Notes: a model not told the origin generated them from the letters alone. DNA of 64,000 bases from an uncultured delta proteobacterium (GCA_963785725.1 CAWAWS010000016.1:416001-480000); one strand, 5' to 3'; shown: positions 21,018-30,541, numbered from the stretch's first letter. Numbers and translations are program-made.

Positions 21018-21290
21018 TCATAAGAAGTAGTCGGGAATCAGCTTCGCGCCCGGCACCAGCTGGTACGGCTCGAAGTCGGTGACGCCGGCGCGGCGCAGGA
21101 CCTCGTCGTCGATGCAGAAGTGGCCGAACCAGCGCGGCTCGAGGCTCAGCGGCGGCGAGCTCATGAGGATATGCGAGTTCAGGCTCTTCTTTAAGCATGG
21201 AATGCAAGCCTGCGAACAGGCGAAGGTTCCGCGCGTATTGATCGCATGCATCAAGTCGAAGCGCTTCAGCGGCGTGTCGAGCGTGCCGAC
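21018..21290 (-). pseudogene. Remnant of an HSDL2-like short-chain dehydrogenase (5'-truncated, internally deleted)
   Basis: GTLDTPLKRFDLMHAINTRGTFACSQACIP...SPPLSLEPRWF joined directly to GHFCIDDEVL...PDYFL; no Rossmann motif, no YxxxK. Confidence 0.7.
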
Positions 21291-21307
21291 GTTTACTGAC
21301 TCGTTGG

Positions 21308-21712
21308 TCAGGGCTGCGCGAGATACGCCACAGCCTCGCGCTCGTCGGTGTAGACGCGGGTCGTCAGCCGCTCCTCGCGCGCGAACCGCTGCACCTGCAG
21401 CCGCCCCACTTGCGTCTCGACCAAGAACGCGCTCTTGCGAAAGCCGCTCACCAGCTCGCGGCGCAGCGCCACCAAATCCTGCGAATAGCGGCTCTCGTCG
21501 GCCAGGAGCGCGCGGCGAATGTCGATGAGGATCGCGTAACCAGGCCGCGGCAGCGTCAGCAGACTGCCTTGGATGTGCGCCAGCATGGCCGAGATGTCTT
21601 GCGCCGAAACGAGCGGCTGTTCCGTGCGCACGGCGCGAACGAGGCGGCGGCTCTCGTCGATGGCGATGGCGAGCCGCGATACGCCGGGGACGGAAGCCAG
21701 TTGAGCAGCCAC
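21308..21712 (-). CDS. Small STAS/SEC14 (SpoIIAA)-like protein
   Basis: 134 aa; ILIDIRRA...KSAFLV...GRLQVQR...VYTDEREAVAYL pattern. Confidence 0.55.
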   Translation of the reverse strand: MAAQLASVPGVSRLAIAIDESRRLVRAVRTEQPLVSAQDISAMLAHIQGSLLTLPRPGYAILIDIRRALLADESRYSQDLVALRRELVSGFRKSAFLVETQVGRLQVQRFAREERLTTRVYTDEREAVAYLAQP

Positions 21713-21789
21713 GTCAAAGCCATCGACGGACGGCGAACGAACTTTAGCGCGCTGAACCTACGTTGCCGCCGATGGTCCGAGCAGCCGCG

Positions 21790-22005
21790 CTAAAAGCCGT
21801 CGGGCGATGGACGGCGGAAGGAGATCGTGCCGCCGCAATGCGGACAAGTGTGGCCTTCGAGCCCGAGCGCGGCGTTGTACGCGCTCAAGGTCGCGCCGCT
21901 CGAAGTGAACGGCTGCTTGCACGTCGGACAGACGCGTTCGCCGGGGACGATTTGGGTGCGCGCGTCTTCCAGCGCTTTATTCTCGGTCGTCGTCAAGAGG
22001 CCCAT
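21790..22005 (-). CDS. Small zinc-ribbon protein
   Basis: 71 aa; CPTC...CPHC; TAGACT 6 nt upstream of the ATG. Confidence 0.7.
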   Translation of the reverse strand: MGLLTTTENKALEDARTQIVPGERVCPTCKQPFTSSGATLSAYNAALGLEGHTCPHCGGTISFRRPSPDGF

Positions 22006-22033
22006 GCCCTCAGTCTACGCTAAGCTAGGCGGC

Positions 22034-22426
22034 ATGAACGAGAGCGAGCGCCGCGCCTGGGAAGGCCGCCTGCGCGAACGACGGGACAAGATCATCGCCG
22101 ACGGCCCGGCGCGCATCGAGCCCAACCGCACCGACGTGGCCGACGTCGGCGTCGCCGACGAAGACGCGCAGGCGCTGTCGGAGATGCTGCAGACGCTGGC
22201 CTCGACGCGCAATCGCGACAGCGCCCGCGAGCTCGAGCAGATCGGCCGCGCGCTGCGCAAACTGCGCGACGAGCCGGAGGACTTCGGCGTGTGCGAAGAC
22301 TGCGGCGAGGACATCCCGGAAAAGCGGCTCAACGTCATGCCTTTCGCCGCCTTTTGCGCCGAGTGTCAGGCCAAGGTCGATCCGCGCCGCAACGTCGCCC
22401 GCACCAAAGTCACCGATTACAAGTGA
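22034..22426 (+). CDS. TraR/DksA family C4 zinc-finger transcription factor
   Basis: Coiled coil followed by FGVCEDCGEDIPEKRL...PFAAFCAECQ. Confidence 0.88.
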   Translation: MNESERRAWEGRLRERRDKIIADGPARIEPNRTDVADVGVADEDAQALSEMLQTLASTRNRDSARELEQIGRALRKLRDEPEDFGVCEDCGEDIPEKRLNVMPFAAFCAECQAKVDPRRNVARTKVTDYK

Positions 22427-22871
22427 CCCCGTTTCCGGCACTGCGTCACCAACGACCTCGCCGCGACTGATCTGCAATCGAGACAGTGCGCACGACAGGT
22501 CGCGCGGTGGTGACTCCGCTGACTGGCGCGACTTTCCCCAACTCCGATTTTCGCTGTCGCACTTCATCCTGGGGCTTTCATTCCCAGTCGATGCGCACGT
22601 GTGTTTGCAAACCCACGCACGACAGTGACAACGATCGGCGTCTGCAAATCGCCCGGCGAGTAAGCTTGCCTACGTTGCAGCGGGAACAAACCGTGACGAC
22701 GTCCCGTCCGCTGACCTCGCGGGGGCTCGTGACAAACGCCGTTGACGCTCGTTCATTCCCGCGAGGGCCAGGTGGTGCCCAAGCTCGACGTCGCTATTCG
22801 CCACGCCCATTGTCGGCTGCAACCTTGGCTATCGCGCTGTAATCCGTAGACGAACGTCGCTTCCGGCCGCT

Positions 22872-22887
22872 TGGCGAGCCGCTTGCT
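22872..22887 (+). promoter_or_regulatory. Putative sigma54 (-24/-12) promoter TGGCGAGCCGCTTGCT
   Basis: GG-N10-GC spacing with TGGC and TTGCT; 37 nt before an ATG with AAAGGAG RBS; about 450 bp of non-coding DNA upstream. Confidence 0.65.
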
Positions 22888-22924
22888 CTGTGCGCCCGGC
22901 AACATGTTCCCCAAAGGAGCGCCA

Positions 22925-24547
22925 ATGAGCAGGCGGTTAATGCAGCACCTCGTTTCGATGCAAGCGGTCGCAGGCGCGATGGCGCTCGGACTTCTGGCGG
23001 GCCCGATGGCGGCCGCGGACGAGGCGGGTTCGACGACGGCCGGCGAGCATCAGTACACCGACGTCACGCCGCTGCGTCAGTACAACCACTTCGCCGTCTG
23101 CAGCGCGCTCGCGAACCCGAAGGCCCGCTATCACTGCAAGGCGCGCCAGCTCCTCGACAGCACCAACAAGCCGTACCGCTTCGAGCCGCGCGCGGGTGGT
23201 CAGTCCGGCGGCTTTACGGCCGCCGACCTCCAAGGCGCGTACAAGCTCGACGTCACACGCACGCCCAACGCCACCGTCGCCGTCGTCGACGCGTACGGTT
23301 ACGCTCAGGCCGAGAGCGATCTGGCCGGCTATCGTTCGGCCAACAACCTGCCGGCCTGCACCGTGGCCAGCGGCTGCCTCACCATCGTCAACCAGGAAGG
23401 CAAGACGTCGCCGCTGCCGGCGGCGCCGCCGAAGAGCGACGATTGGACGGTCGAGACCGCGCTCGACCTCGACATGGCCTCGGCCGCCTGCCCGAACTGC
23501 AAGATCCTGCTCGTGCAGGCCGACGACGACTCGGGCGACGGCCTCGACCTCGGCCAGCAGGTCGCGGCGACGCTCGGCGCCTCGGTCATCAGCAACAGCT
23601 GGGGCGGCGCCGATTCGACCGGCAGCGACAGCACGTCGGGCGAGCAGTACTTCCAGATTACGCCGGCCGTGAACATCTTCGTCGCCGCCGGTGACGACGC
23701 CTACGACGACGGCGGGACCGGCGCCGACTACCCGAGCACGTCGGCCTACGCCATCGGCGTCGGCGGCACGTCGCTCACCATCTCGGGCGGCACGCGCTCG
23801 GAGACGGCGTGGAGCGACGGCGGCAGCTCGTGCAGCCTCTCGATTCCGAAGCCGAGCTACCAGGCGGCCGTTCTTCCCGACAGCGTCTGCAAGTTCCGCG
23901 CGGCCTCGGACGTCGCCGCGGTCGCCGATCCCAACACCGGCGTCAACGTCTACAACAAAGGCAGCATGACGGTCGTCGGTGGCACCAGCGCCGCGTCGCC
24001 GTTCGTCGCCGGCGTGTACGCGCTCTACGGCTTGAGCAAGCAGGACGTCAGCTTCGCCTACGTGCACGCCTCGGCCTTCAACGACGTCACCAGCGGCTCC
24101 AACAAGGCCGGCAAGGGCACCTTCGGCTGCTCGACCGGCATCATGTGCACCGCCGGCGTCGGCTGGGACGGCCCGACGGGCGTCGGCACGCCGAACGGCG
24201 CGAACCTGGCGCCGCTGGCCGGCGGCGGCGCGCCGCCGGACATGGCGATGCCGATCGATATGGCCAAGCCGGTCGAAGAGGACATGGCGCAGCCCGTCGG
24301 CACGGGCGGCAACGGCGGCGGCACCGGCTCGGCGGGCGGCACCGGCTCGGCCGGCGGCACCGGCTCGGCCGGCGGCACCGGTCAAGCGGGCGGCTCCGGC
24401 TCGGCCGGCGGCTCGGGCAGCAGCAACTTCGGCAACGGCTGCGGCTGCACGCTCGGCGGCGCGGACACGGGCAACGGCCTCTTGGCCCTGCCGCTCGGTC
24501 TCGCGCTCCTCGGCCTCGCGATCTATCGTCGTCGTCGCCGCGCCTAA
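22925..24547 (+). CDS. Sedolisin-like (S53) serine peptidase with Gly-rich linker and MYXO-CTERM-like sorting signal
   Basis: ETALD, SNSWG, AAGDD, GGTSAASP; (GGTGSA)n linker; GCGC, hydrophobic segment and RRRRR at the C-terminus. Confidence 0.88.
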   Translation: MSRRLMQHLVSMQAVAGAMALGLLAGPMAAADEAGSTTAGEHQYTDVTPLRQYNHFAVCSALANPKARYHCKARQLLDSTNKPYRFEPRAGGQSGGFTAADLQGAYKLDVTRTPNATVAVVDAYGYAQAESDLAGYRSANNLPACTVASGCLTIVNQEGKTSPLPAAPPKSDDWTVETALDLDMASAACPNCKILLVQADDDSGDGLDLGQQVAATLGASVISNSWGGADSTGSDSTSGEQYFQITPAVNIFVAAGDDAYDDGGTGADYPSTSAYAIGVGGTSLTISGGTRSETAWSDGGSSCSLSIPKPSYQAAVLPDSVCKFRAASDVAAVADPNTGVNVYNKGSMTVVGGTSAASPFVAGVYALYGLSKQDVSFAYVHASAFNDVTSGSNKAGKGTFGCSTGIMCTAGVGWDGPTGVGTPNGANLAPLAGGGAPPDMAMPIDMAKPVEEDMAQPVGTGGNGGGTGSAGGTGSAGGTGSAGGTGQAGGSGSAGGSGSSNFGNGCGCTLGGADTGNGLLALPLGLALLGLAIYRRRRRA

Positions 24548-24578
24548 TCAGCCGCGCGCTTTTCGGCTTCGCTTACGC

Positions 24579-24618
24579 AAGCCCATCGCGTCTTCGGACG
24601 CGGTGGGCTTTTTCTTTT
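24579..24618 (+). terminator. Rho-independent terminator
   Basis: AAGCCCATCGCGTC-TTCG-GACGCGGTGGGCTT followed by TTTCTTTT. Confidence 0.9.
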
Positions 24619-24731
24619 GCGGCATGTGTGACTCGCTGGACGCGACGAAACCCAGCGCGTTGGCGCCGCTGCAACGACATCGAATGTATCGGAATTAAGG
24701 AGCGAAGAAGGCGCGGTTTAGGCGCGAAGGC

Positions 24732-24899
24732 CTACCAAGCGCCGTAAGCGCCGGGCAGGTAGTGCATGCCGATGCCCATCAGCCCGATGGCGCAACCCAT
24801 CGCAAGCAAACCCATGACTGCGAAAATCGAGAGCATCACGCGCTCGCCGTCAGACTTGATCTCGTTGGCCGGAATCGGATCGTACTTCGGGTCGTCCAT
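24732..24899 (-). CDS. 55-aa single-pass membrane protein (not in the ORF track)
   Basis: [64 protein letters not shown]; host-like codon usage. Confidence 0.7.
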   Translation of the reverse strand: MDDPKYDPIPANEIKSDGERVMLSIFAVMGLLAMGCAIGLMGIGMHYLPGAYGAW

Positions 24900-24978
24900 C
24901 GTTCGCGCTCCTTCGCGTCGTAGCTGGCGGCAGTCTTACGCGAACCGGCGCCGGCTGCAAGCGCTATACTGCGCGCCC

Positions 24979-25377
24979 ATGCGCCTCTTGCACACCATGT
25001 TGCGCGTCGGCGATCTCGACCGCTCGATCGCCTTTTACCGTGACGTTCTCGGCATGCAGCTCATCTCGCGCAAGGACTACCCGGACGGCAAGTTCACGCT
25101 GGCGTTCGTCGGCTTCGGCAAGAATCCCGAGCAGGCCGAGCTCGAGCTCACCCACAACTGGGGCGTCACCAGCTACGACATCGGCACCGCTTACGGACAC
25201 ATCGCGCTCGGCGTCGACGACATTTACGGCGTCTGCGAACGACTGCGCGCGGCCGGCGGCAAGATCACGCGCGAGCCGGGCCCGATGAAACACGGCACGA
25301 CCGTCATCGCATTCGTACAGGATCCCGACGGTTACAAGATCGAGCTCATCGACGAAAAGAGCCGCGGCCCGCGCTGA
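24979..25377 (+). CDS. gloA: Lactoylglutathione lyase (glyoxalase I)
   Basis: [41 protein letters not shown]. Confidence 0.95.
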   Translation: MRLLHTMLRVGDLDRSIAFYRDVLGMQLISRKDYPDGKFTLAFVGFGKNPEQAELELTHNWGVTSYDIGTAYGHIALGVDDIYGVCERLRAAGGKITREPGPMKHGTTVIAFVQDPDGYKIELIDEKSRGPR

Positions 25378-27225
25378 TCAGCGCAGCTCGTAGAGGACCG
25401 AGTCGGCGTCGGCGAAGCGCTGGGCGAAGCGGGCGGTGAACGCGGGCGTCGTCGGCAGCAGCAGCGCGCGCGGCAGGAGCAGGAAGTTGGCCTCGAGATC
25501 GGCCTGGCGCAGCTCGGCTGCGAGCGCGACGGCATCGCCGAGACGGTTGCGGATGCGGGATTCGCGATAGGGTCCGAAGGAGTCGCCGAGCCAGCCGCCG
25601 TCGGCGCCGCGATCGGCGAAGTAGGCGAGCCGCTCGTGCTCGACCGCGAAGACACGATAGCCGGGCGCGTGGCGGTTGAGCCAGTCGACGGCGGCGAAGC
25701 CGCGCGTGTGCGCGCCGAGCCAGGCGGCGCGCGCCGTCGGTGGCGGCGGCAAGTCGCTGACCCATTGCCACGCGCCGTCGAGCACGCCCCACGCGGCCAA
25801 GGTCGCGGCGACGGCGATCGACAGGCGCCGCTGTCGCGGCAGCAGGCGATCGAGGGCGAGGCCGTGCGCCAGCGCGGCCGCCGGCAGGATCGGCAGCAGA
25901 TAGCGCAGCGACTGCGCGCCCGCAAACCAGACGAGGCCGAACACCGCGACGACGACCAGCAGCGCGACGAGGCGGCGATCGCGGCGCGCCTGCCACAGCG
26001 TCAGCGGCGTCAGCAGCACGAAGGCGGGCGAAATCCAGGCGCCCTCTTGTGCGAACGGCTGTTGCGCGGCCAGGAGTCGCGCGGGCAACAGCGCCAGCGC
26101 CGTCAGCGAGCGGCCGGCGCCGAGTCGACCGAGATCGACGAGCTGGAGATGGAGATCCTCGGCGTTCCACCAGCCGGCGCCGAAGATGTTGGCGGCGAAG
26201 GGAAACACCGGATTGCCGCACCACAGCGCGTTGAGGACATAGAACGGCGCGCCGATGACGGCGACGACGGCGGCGAAGACGAACGCATCGCGCCAGCGCC
26301 CGCCGCGACCGTCGCCGCCGCGATCGAAGAAGACCACGAGCCCGAGCGCGGCGACGATGACGAGGCCGGTGTATTTGTTGGCGGCCGCGAATCCGGCGGC
26401 GACGGCGGCGACGACGAGCCAGGCGCGTTCGCGATGCCGCTGCCACGCGAGCGTGGCGGTCGTGGCGACGGCGGCGAAGAGCGCGAGGCCGACGTCGATG
26501 TAGCCGCTGTCGGCGAGGCGCATGACGAGCGGGCTGCCGAGCCACAAGGCGGCCGCAAAGAGGCCGGCGCGCGGTGTCTGCAAGCGGCGACCGGCGGCGA
26601 CGAGCGCCAGCGTCACCAGCGCCGCCGCCAGCGTCTGGGTGCCTTGGGCCGCGCTCTCGCTGCCGCCGAGCAGCATGAGCGTGAACAGCATCTCCTGCAG
26701 TCGCGGCACGCCGGGATAACGCAGCGGCACCGCCGCGAACACGGCGTGGCGCGCGGCGAACCAGCGCGCCGCCGTCAGGTGATACATCGTCGCGTCGTAG
26801 TCCGTCGGCGGCGCCAGCGCCCGACCCCACCACGGCAGCGTCAGCGCGACGACGACGAGCGTAAACACCGTCGCGCGCGCGAGCTGACGCGGCGGCAGCT
26901 GCAACAGCGCCGGCCACGGCGCAGCGACGAGCGCCAACGCAGCGACGAGCGCGAAGGTCAGCGGCGCCGTCAGCGCCTGCGCAAGTCCCAGCGCCAGCAC
27001 GACATACGCGACGGCGCCGAGACCGAGCGCGCACGCGAACACGGCCCGTTCGAGCGCGTCGACGAACGGCACGCGACGCACGAGGCGCGCGCCGATCGAC
27101 CACGCAGCCAACGTCAACGCCGTCAAGAGCGCGAGATGACGCAGCGCGAGCGCGATCACCGCGATCCCGTCGTGTGCGTGCACGCCATGCCGCCGGACAA
27201 TAGGAGAACCGCGGCGCGCTGCCAA
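25378..27225 (-). CDS. Polytopic membrane protein, GT-C (PMT/ArnT-like) glycosyltransferase candidate; start uncertain
   Basis: More than 10 TM segments; DYDATMYHL, YIDVG, KYTG, GNPVFPF, RYLLP. Confidence 0.7.
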   Translation of the reverse strand: MAARRGSPIVRRHGVHAHDGIAVIALALRHLALLTALTLAAWSIGARLVRRVPFVDALERAVFACALGLGAVAYVVLALGLAQALTAPLTFALVAALALVAAPWPALLQLPPRQLARATVFTLVVVALTLPWWGRALAPPTDYDATMYHLTAARWFAARHAVFAAVPLRYPGVPRLQEMLFTLMLLGGSESAAQGTQTLAAALVTLALVAAGRRLQTPRAGLFAAALWLGSPLVMRLADSGYIDVGLALFAAVATTATLAWQRHRERAWLVVAAVAAGFAAANKYTGLVIVAALGLVVFFDRGGDGRGGRWRDAFVFAAVVAVIGAPFYVLNALWCGNPVFPFAANIFGAGWWNAEDLHLQLVDLGRLGAGRSLTALALLPARLLAAQQPFAQEGAWISPAFVLLTPLTLWQARRDRRLVALLVVVAVFGLVWFAGAQSLRYLLPILPAAALAHGLALDRLLPRQRRLSIAVAATLAAWGVLDGAWQWVSDLPPPPTARAAWLGAHTRGFAAVDWLNRHAPGYRVFAVEHERLAYFADRGADGGWLGDSFGPYRESRIRNRLGDAVALAAELRQADLEANFLLLPRALLLPTTPAFTARFAQRFADADSVLYELR

Positions 27226-27280
27226 AGCAGAATCGCGCGCCCCGCTCGCCCGTCCGCGACCGGCGATCTACATTCTCGGC

Positions 27281-27616
27281 GTGAGCACGCGCAGACCGAC
27301 GCCGTGGAACCCGATCGTCTGCGACGCCATCGCCCGTCGCGTGCTCTTGGCGTTCGACTACGACGGCGAGCCGCGCGTCGTCGCGCCCTATTGCCACGGC
27401 ATGACGACGGCGGGGCGGCAGGCCGTGCGCGCGGTGCAAGTGCTCGGCGGCACACGTCGCGGCGACATTTCGTCGGGCAAGCTGTGGACGATCGACAAGA
27501 TCGTCGGTCTGCGCGCGGTCGACGAGGCGTTCGTCGCGAGCGATCCCAAGTACAACCCCGACGACAGCGCGTTCGCCGAGATCCACTGCCGCATCGAGAC
27601 GCGCAAGAAGCGCTAG
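27281..27616 (+). CDS. Stand-alone WYL-like domain protein
   Basis: AIARRVLLAFDYDGEPRVVAPY...KLWTIDKI pattern; TACATT 6 nt before the GTG. Confidence 0.6.
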   Translation: MSTRRPTPWNPIVCDAIARRVLLAFDYDGEPRVVAPYCHGMTTAGRQAVRAVQVLGGTRRGDISSGKLWTIDKIVGLRAVDEAFVASDPKYNPDDSAFAEIHCRIETRKKR

Positions 27617-27784
27617 ATCCGCGAACGCGACCCCTGCGAAGCTGCGTGCCAAGCGGCCGCCAAGCACCTCGCAGCCTTCCGCCACAAACCCGTCGTCTTC
27701 TTCGAGTCGGATTCAGCCGCAGCGGTGCGCTGGGACTGTTCCACGCAGCAACGAGTGCCTGAGACGCGGGATCCGGACGTGAAA

Positions 27785-27826
27785 CGAGGACGATACGGCC
27801 CTCATTGCTGGGCTATACCGTCCTCG
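27785..27826 (-). terminator. Hairpin downstream of tRNA-Ala, probable terminator
   Basis: CGAGGACG...CGTCCTCG stem extended with G-U pairs; only a short U tail. Confidence 0.45.
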
Positions 27827-27851
27827 AATCGTCCTCTTGAATCTTGAAACC

Positions 27852-27927
27852 TGGTGGAGCCGAACGGGATCGAACCGTCGACCTCCTGAATGCCATTCAG
27901 GCGCTCTCCCAACTGAGCTACGGCCCC
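27852..27927 (-). tRNA. tRNA-Ala(GGC)
   Basis: GGGGCCGTAGCTCAGTTGGGAGAGCGCCTGAATGGCATTCAGGAGGTCGACGGTTCGATCCCGTTCGGCTCCACCA; 76 nt, G3:U70, encoded CCA. Confidence 0.98.
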
Positions 27928-27946
27928 AGGTGTGCTTCGCAGTCTG

Positions 27947-28357
27947 CTACTTTTTGCCCTCGCGCGCCACTTCGGCGTGCTCGTCTACGTCTCGGTCTGC
28001 TTCCTCGTCCGCGTAGCCGCCAGCTTCCGGCTCGTACCCGCGCGGTGCTCCAAATGCATTGTCGTGCGCGCGTTCTGCATCGGCCTTGATCTGCGCGTCG
28101 ACATCCTTGATACGGTCGTACGTTTGCCGCAGCGCTTCCGGGACTTCGAGCTTCGATCCGTCGATCAACTCCGAGACCTGCTCACCGAGACGCGCCAACA
28201 GCTGCTGCTTCTCTCTCGCCAACAAAGCCAAATCCACGCGCAACTTGCCAGCCTGCGAGGAGCGAACGACGACCTCCCGCAGCGTGTCGAACGAATCCGA
28301 CGCCATCTTCCACATGGTGCCGAACTGCCGACGCAAATCATCGCGTCGCTCACTCAC
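27947..28357 (-). CDS. Hypothetical coiled-coil protein with acidic tail, upstream of tRNA-Ala
   Basis: About 136 aa from GTG 28357; preceded by a sigma70-like promoter. Confidence 0.75.
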   Translation of the reverse strand: MSERRDDLRRQFGTMWKMASDSFDTLREVVVRSSQAGKLRVDLALLAREKQQLLARLGEQVSELIDGSKLEVPEALRQTYDRIKDVDAQIKADAERAHDNAFGAPRGYEPEAGGYADEEADRDVDEHAEVAREGKK

Positions 28358-28365
28358 GGGGCACG

Positions 28366-28394
28366 TGTCTAGCAACGTCTGCGCCGCCTGTCAA
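28366..28394 (-). promoter_or_regulatory. Sigma70-like promoter TTGACA-17-TAGACA (with extended -10 TG)
   Basis: Perfect -35 and 17-nt spacer; would drive the coiled-coil gene and tRNA-Ala. Confidence 0.6.
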
Positions 28395-28492
28395 CGCTTC
28401 CGTTTCATCTTTTCTCGACGTGCTTCCAAGCACGCTTCCAATCGACCCGCTCCTTGACACCTCATTCGGCAAACGCAGAAGATGTGCTCGCG

Positions 28493-30541
28493 ATGAAAAG
28501 GCCCCCGGGGCTAGCAGTTCGTGTGTCGAGCGTAATGGCTCTCGTTGCGCTCGCCGGCTGCCCCGCGCCGAAGCCGCCGCCGCTCGCGCCCGCGCCGCCG
28601 GCGATGACCTTCGCGGCCTCGCGCATTCGCAGCTTCTCCGACAGCTTCGCGGTCACCGCCATCGCCGACTCGCCGTCGACGATCTTCGTCGGCACGCCGC
28701 ACGGCCTGTTGCGCTGGGAAGGCGGCCACTACACCGTCTTGTCGCAGCGCGACGGCCTGCCCGCCGATCGCGTCTCCGCCGTCACCGTCGACAGCGCCGG
28801 CGCGGTGTGGCTGGCGACGGCCAAAGGCTTGTCGCGCGGGCTGCGCGGCGTGTGGACCAACTATCCGCTCGCGCCCGTCGGCGGTTTTCTGACCGGCCTC
28901 GTGCCCGGCGGCGACGGCAAGAGCATCTGGGCCGGCGGCCCCGAAGGCTTGGCGCGACTGCGGGGCTTTCGCTGGGAGCACTTCTTCGCCGACACCGGCG
29001 TGACCGCGCTCACCGCCGGCGCCAACAACAGCGTCTGGGTCGGCACGAGCGGCGCCGGCGTCCTGCGCATCAACAAAGCGGGCGACAAGATCGAGAAGTT
29101 CGGCGCCTTGCAAGGCTGCGAGACCGACGTCGTGCGCGGCCTGGTCGCCGTCGACAAGACGCTGCTCGTCATCGGCGAAGGCGCCGGCGGCCCGCGCGCG
29201 GCCTATTGGGACGGCACGCGCTTTCATTCGTACGAGCTGCATTCACCGTCGGTGCTGGAGTGGGCGGCGCGCGCAGGCCTGAAGACGCTGCTCGGCTATG
29301 GCGATCACGTCTTCGAGGTCAGCGTCGCGGCGCCGACGGCCAAAGCGACGGTGACCTTGACGCCGATCGCCGCGCAAGCCGCCGCCGCGCGCACAATCGC
29401 GCTCAAGCTCGACGCGCCGTCGACGCTGCTCGAGGATCCCGCCGACGCGCCCAAGCCGCCGCCGCCGAAGCCGAACGCGAGCGGCGTCGTGCCGCCCTTG
29501 CCGGTCGGTCCGCCGCTCGTGGCCGTCGAGTCGTCGGTGCGGCTGCCCGACGGCATCACCAGCGTCGCCGGCTCCGAGCGCGGCCTGCTCGTCGGCACCC
29601 GCTTCATCGGCGCCGAGCGCGTCGAGAACGACGTGCCGCGTGACTTTCGCGCCAACGATCTGGCCGCCGCCGCCGTGCGCCTCACCGTCGCCTGCGTCAA
29701 AGCCGGCGACGACTGCTACCTCGCGACCGGCGCCACGCGCGCCTGGCGCTTCGACGGTCAAGCCTTCGAGCCCGCCAACATCGATCCCGAGCCGGGCTCG
29801 CATGTCTTGGCCATCCTGCGCGACCCGCACGACGACGTGCTCGCCATCCATCGCGGCGCCGCCGATCGCCTCCTGCGCATCTCGCGCGTCGACGACGGCC
29901 GCTGGACGCCCGTCGGCATTCAAACGGTCTCCGTGCCCGAAGGCTTGCCCGACTTGAACTTCGCCACCTTCGCACCCGACGGCCATTTGTGGATCGGCCT
30001 GCGCTGGATCGACAAAGAGGGCGACGCGCGCGACGGCGGCGCCGCCGAGATCGCGCTCGACAGCGGCAAAGTCGTCGCCCACAAAGAGCTGCCCACCGAC
30101 GTCGTCTCGATGTTTTGGAAGTCGCGCAACGAAGCCTGGTTCGCCACGCGCTCCGGCGCCGCGCGCCTGCTCGACGGCAAAGTGCGCGTCTTTACCGAGA
30201 ACGACGGCATGGAGTCGGACATCACGCGCGACATCGGCCTCGGGCCCGACGGCAACGTCCTCGTCGCCACCGGCCGCGGCACCGGCCGCTTCGACGGCAC
30301 GCGCTGGACGTTCCCGCGCATGGGCGCCTTCTACCACCCCGCCAACGCGCTCGGCCACGACGACCGCGGCAATGTCTTCATCGGCACCGACAAGGGGCTA
30401 TTTTGCGTCGGCAAGTGCGCGCCCGATGCCATAGACGCGCGGCGCGGGCTGCTTACGGACAACGTGATCGACTTGATGGTCGATCGGCGCAATCGCGTGT
30501 GGGTGCTGACCGAAAAGGGCATCAACATCGTCGAGCCCTGA
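28493..30541 (+). CDS. Lipoprotein with Reg_prop-like beta-propeller repeats
   Basis: ALAGC lipobox; DGLPADRVSAVTVDSAGAVWLAT and GLLTDNVIDLMVDRRNRVWV repeats. Confidence 0.8.
   Translation: MKRPPGLAVRVSSVMALVALAGCPAPKPPPLAPAPPAMTFAASRIRSFSDSFAVTAIADSPSTIFVGTPHGLLRWEGGHYTVLSQRDGLPADRVSAVTVDSAGAVWLATAKGLSRGLRGVWTNYPLAPVGGFLTGLVPGGDGKSIWAGGPEGLARLRGFRWEHFFADTGVTALTAGANNSVWVGTSGAGVLRINKAGDKIEKFGALQGCETDVVRGLVAVDKTLLVIGEGAGGPRAAYWDGTRFHSYELHSPSVLEWAARAGLKTLLGYGDHVFEVSVAAPTAKATVTLTPIAAQAAAARTIALKLDAPSTLLEDPADAPKPPPPKPNASGVVPPLPVGPPLVAVESSVRLPDGITSVAGSERGLLVGTRFIGAERVENDVPRDFRANDLAAAAVRLTVACVKAGDDCYLATGATRAWRFDGQAFEPANIDPEPGSHVLAILRDPHDDVLAIHRGAADRLLRISRVDDGRWTPVGIQTVSVPEGLPDLNFATFAPDGHLWIGLRWIDKEGDARDGGAAEIALDSGKVVAHKELPTDVVSMFWKSRNEAWFATRSGAARLLDGKVRVFTENDGMESDITRDIGLGPDGNVLVATGRGTGRFDGTRWTFPRMGAFYHPANALGHDDRGNVFIGTDKGLFCVGKCAPDAIDARRGLLTDNVIDLMVDRRNRVWVLTEKGINIVEP

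Noticed and set aside
27616..27927. Integrated element at tRNA-Ala
   Set aside because: No integrase and no duplicated tRNA 3' end noticed in the window
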